Below the pieces are notes generated by a model that saw nothing but the letters and a program-made list of their open reading frames with translations, was not told the origin of the DNA and searched no databases. The translations under genes were made by a program, and so were the position numbers. Source: Takakia lepidozioides (Eukaryota; Plantae; Bryophyta). From it: a stretch of 64,000 nucleotides of DNA. This document shows positions 60,715 to 64,000 of this stretch, piece after piece (within the stretch, counting starts at the first letter, position 1; the number at the start of each line of letters is the position of its first letter). Location: NCBI GenBank assembly GCA_030704615.1, contig CM060732.1, forward strand, positions 72,664,001 through 72,728,000, read 5' to 3'.

Positions 60715-61423
60715 ATGAAAGTATCCAAAAGAGGTAACAGAGATGAGGAGAAGCTGAGGAATGAATACTTTCCCCTAGTTCTAGACATATATGCCAATGT
60801 CAAGGGAGTGTTCAACACTATGGCTAAACGAGATGTGGTGTCGTGGAGTGCGATGCTTGCAGGGTATGCACAGCAGGATGGAGGCTTTGGATACCTATAA
60901 GCAAATGATGGGGAAAGGGGTGAAGCTCGACCACATCATTTTAGTGTGTGTTTGTAGTGCGTGTGCAAGCCTGGCAGCCCGGGAAAAGGGTATGCACAGC
61001 AGGATGGAGGCTTTGGATACCTATAAGCAAATGATGGGGAAAGGGGTGAAGCTCGACCACATCATTTTAGTGTGTGTTTGTAGTGCGTGTGCAAGCCTGG
61101 CAGCCCGGGAAAAGGGCAAAGAGGTGCATGGTTGCATCACCAAATTTGGAATTGTACCATGTGTGATTTTAAACAATACCTCGTGGACATGTATGCCAAA
61201 TGTGGGAGCATTGAGGATGCAAAGAGAGCCTTCAACACTATGGTTGAACAAGATGTGGTGTCGTGGAACGCGATGCTTGCACGATATGCACAGCAAGGGC
61301 GCGGGATGGAGGTTTTGGAGACAGGAAAGTATCGAAAAACAGTTAACAGAGACGAGGAGAAGCTCTGGAATGAATATGTTTCCGACCCCAGTCAATGGTG
61401 GAACAATCCAGGCAAAAAGGTGA
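60715..61423 (+). pseudogene. PLS-class PPR gene fragment, frameshifted, with internal duplication
   Basis: [51 protein letters not shown]...DVVSWNAM; 60862-60987 is duplicated at 60988-61113. Confidence 0.85.
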
Positions 61424-62656
61424 ATTCCTGTTGGAAGCAGATGCAAGTCAGTATAGGAACTAGTGTGATAAGTAGGGTTGGGGTGTTTGTTGGAATACTT
61501 ATAGGCTATCATTGTCAGCTGCTAGCAGCAAGGCAATGATGTATGCATGATTTGTGCAGAGGCAAGGATATCTGAAGGAGCAGGGATAGAGTGTAGGTCC
61601 AGATTCATCCAAGAGGGCCGGATTTCAATCTCCAGATTACCTATGATTCCCTGTGGAAGGATAGCTACAAGAAACCTGCATGGGTAGATGATCAATTGGT
61701 TGGTTTTGAGCTGAAGAGCACGACCCCTGCAGGGATGTCTCTCCATCTGTAGATCCTTTAGGCAGTGAAAGGCTAGGGCCCAACTTTCTTATGACAGTGT
61801 TAGCTGATTTTCAGTTCTTCTCCTCAGCTCGGTACCTTTCTGTTTCCAAGTTATGGCAGTAGTTTCTGGCTGTAGTCTCTTTTCCTGCTAGACTCTTTAG
61901 CTCTATGCAGACCCCCTTCTTTACTTGCTTTCCTTCTTACTACTCTTTCTTGTCTTGGTACGCGAAGCTGTGTCTTCCTCTTTCAGCCTCTATGACACTC
62001 TATCCAAAGGTTATTTTTTCCTCTTTGTATCCAAGGACATTTTATGTCCATTACCTATAAAGTTATGGAGGCCACTGTCCCCCCACTGTCCCTCTTTGTT
62101 AACAAAAATAAAAAAAATAAAAAAAAAGACAACAATGGCTTCCATTCTATGAACCTAGAAACCTAATGAGAATTTAAATCAATTAATAATCTAAATATTA
62201 TAATTGTATGATTTATTTTATTAAATTAAAATATTATTAAAAAACCTCTTTAGTCATGAAGTTATATACTCATGACTACATCATGGCATCATGGCATTAT
62301 ATGATACGATATTCTTTCCCACGTGTAGGTCATATATGTTGTCCATGTGGACACATGTCACATCTGGAGTGCTACATGTGTCCCTCTGACGCCTCTCCAA
62401 TGGAGTCATATACTTTGTAGACATGTAGTCATATAGTTAATCATATATAAATCATATAGTTGTGACTACATGGCTCTCTGCAGCTTGACTCCAGGTGCCA
62501 CGCACGCAGTCACGGCTATGACTTGCAAAACGCAGTCCTAAAGACTAGTCACTATGACAGGGCTTTTTTCACTGCAGAGTGATGTAGTCATGAATGCATA
62601 TAGGACTGAAAAAATAGTCATATGTGCAGTCATAAAAACGCTCATCTGTTGTAGTG

Positions 62657-64000
62657 GTTGAGATGTCACAAACCGCGGGGCCTTAGCCCTGGTGCTTGGT
62701 ACCGTTGGAAAGCCCTTGATGAGGAGGGGTGCACGGGCTTGGTCTCATGATTTTTGGACCCGCGGTGTAGGAGATGTCGAGTTTCAAGTACTTTGGGTCG
62801 CTGGAAATTTGGGAAAAATAGCAAAGTGGGCATTCATGGGACAATGGTTGGAGCCTCGACAGGAGAGATATCAAGGGAAAGGTCTCTGGTTCCAATTTGG
62901 TCGTAGGCTCTTTGGAAAAAAAAAATGATTAGATATGTCTTGCTTCATATATTGATGCACTTGGACTTAGATGACATTGGACACTTGGGCCAACGGCACA
63001 TACTACCCTAGAGACGGGAGATATATCAATAATGATATGATATATTACTACTCAATAAATTCATGGAAAAAAATTAATCGGGCCTTGACATGGGAGACGT
63101 ACTTGGATACATAGGAGATTGCACACTAGGCTTAGATGGGCCTCGACATGGGAGACGCACATGGGAGATGCCTTTGGATACATAGGAGATTGCACTTGGG
63201 CTTAGATGACACTGGACACTTGGGCCAACGGCACAGGCTACCCTAGAAGGAAGCCAGTTTGTTTGTTTTGTCACGTTGAGATGTCCCAAACTGCAAGGCC
63301 CCAACCCTGGTGCTTGGTACCGTTGGAAAGCCCGACCTGCAGTGTGGGAGATGTGGAATTCCAAGTACTTTTAGTCGCTGGAAATTCTCAAAAAATAGCA
63401 AAAATGGCAAAGTGGGCATTCCTGGGACAATGGTTGGAGCCTCGACGGGAGAGATGTCAAGGGAAAGGTCTCCGGTTCAAATCTGGTCCTAGGCTCTCTG
63501 GAAAAAAAAAGAAAAAAAAGATCAGATATGGGATTGCACTTGGACTTAGATGACATTGGACACTTAGGCCTATACATGGGAGATGCACTTGGATACATGA
63601 ATAGAAGATTGCACTTGGATACATGAATAGAAGATTGCACTTGGGCTTAGATTTCAATTCTTCACACATGGCCAACGGCATAGGCTACACTAGAGGTCAC
63701 ACTTGGGCCTCAACATAGGAGACCAACTTGGATACATAAGAAATTGCACTTGGGCTTAGATTTCAATTCTTCACACATGAGCCGACGGCATAGGCTACAC
63801 TAGAGGTTGCACTTGGGCCTCAACATAGGAGACCTACTTGGATACATGTGAAATTGCACTTGGGCTTAGATTTCAATTCTTCACACATGGGCCTTGACAT
63901 AGGAGACGCTACTTGATACATAGGGGATTGCACTTGGACTTAGATTTCAATTCTTTAACTCATGGGCCAATGGCGCAGGCTACCCTAGGCCTAGATCTCC
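62657..64000. repeat. Satellite-like repeats (unit of about 620 bp plus subrepeats of about 110 bp)
   Basis: ccctggtgcttggtaccgttggaaagccc at about 62687 and 63305; ttgcacttgggcttagatttcaattcttcacacatg at about 63635, 63744, 63854 and 63928. Confidence 0.85.

Noticed and set aside
63500-64000. CRISPR-like repeat/spacer pattern
   Set aside because: The 'spacers' are homologous to each other, the context is eukaryotic and there are no cas genes; this is satellite DNA.

Overview
Eukaryotic nuclear DNA, most likely from a non-seed land plant. This is an inference from the plant-type U6, a PLS-class PPR fragment, a CACTA element and TTTAGGG-like repeats; no bacterial operons or CRISPR are visible. 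The left half (1-32.4 kb) is one giant minus-strand gene that I could splice by hand into 19 GT-AG exons with consistent phases (about 4,290 codons; 3' end unresolved). It encodes an RNF213/mysterin-like AAA+ ATPase with an intact RZ-finger E3 module and no recognisable RING. Its introns are filled with two non-LTR retrotransposon families. LINE-A is present as many 5'-truncated copies with (TTTCA)n tails, one of them fused to a full-length U6 snRNA. LINE-B is present as a 4.85-kb near-intact copy plus fragments. LINE-B has inserted twice, antisense, at the identical nucleotide of two diverged LINE-A copies, and LINE-A has in turn inserted into a LINE-B fragment. The right half is mostly decayed DNA transposons: a P-element-like transposase relic, a foldback MITE with a TTAA/piggyBac-like insert, an OTU-bearing Helitron2/Helentron relic beside an ISD11 pseudogene, telomere-like repeats, RNase H/chromodomain fragments, a 5.1-kb Pack-CACTA (GTT TSD) carrying TPM, citrate-synthase and PPR fragments, and satellite repeats. 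All family assignments are from motif recognition, not database searches.
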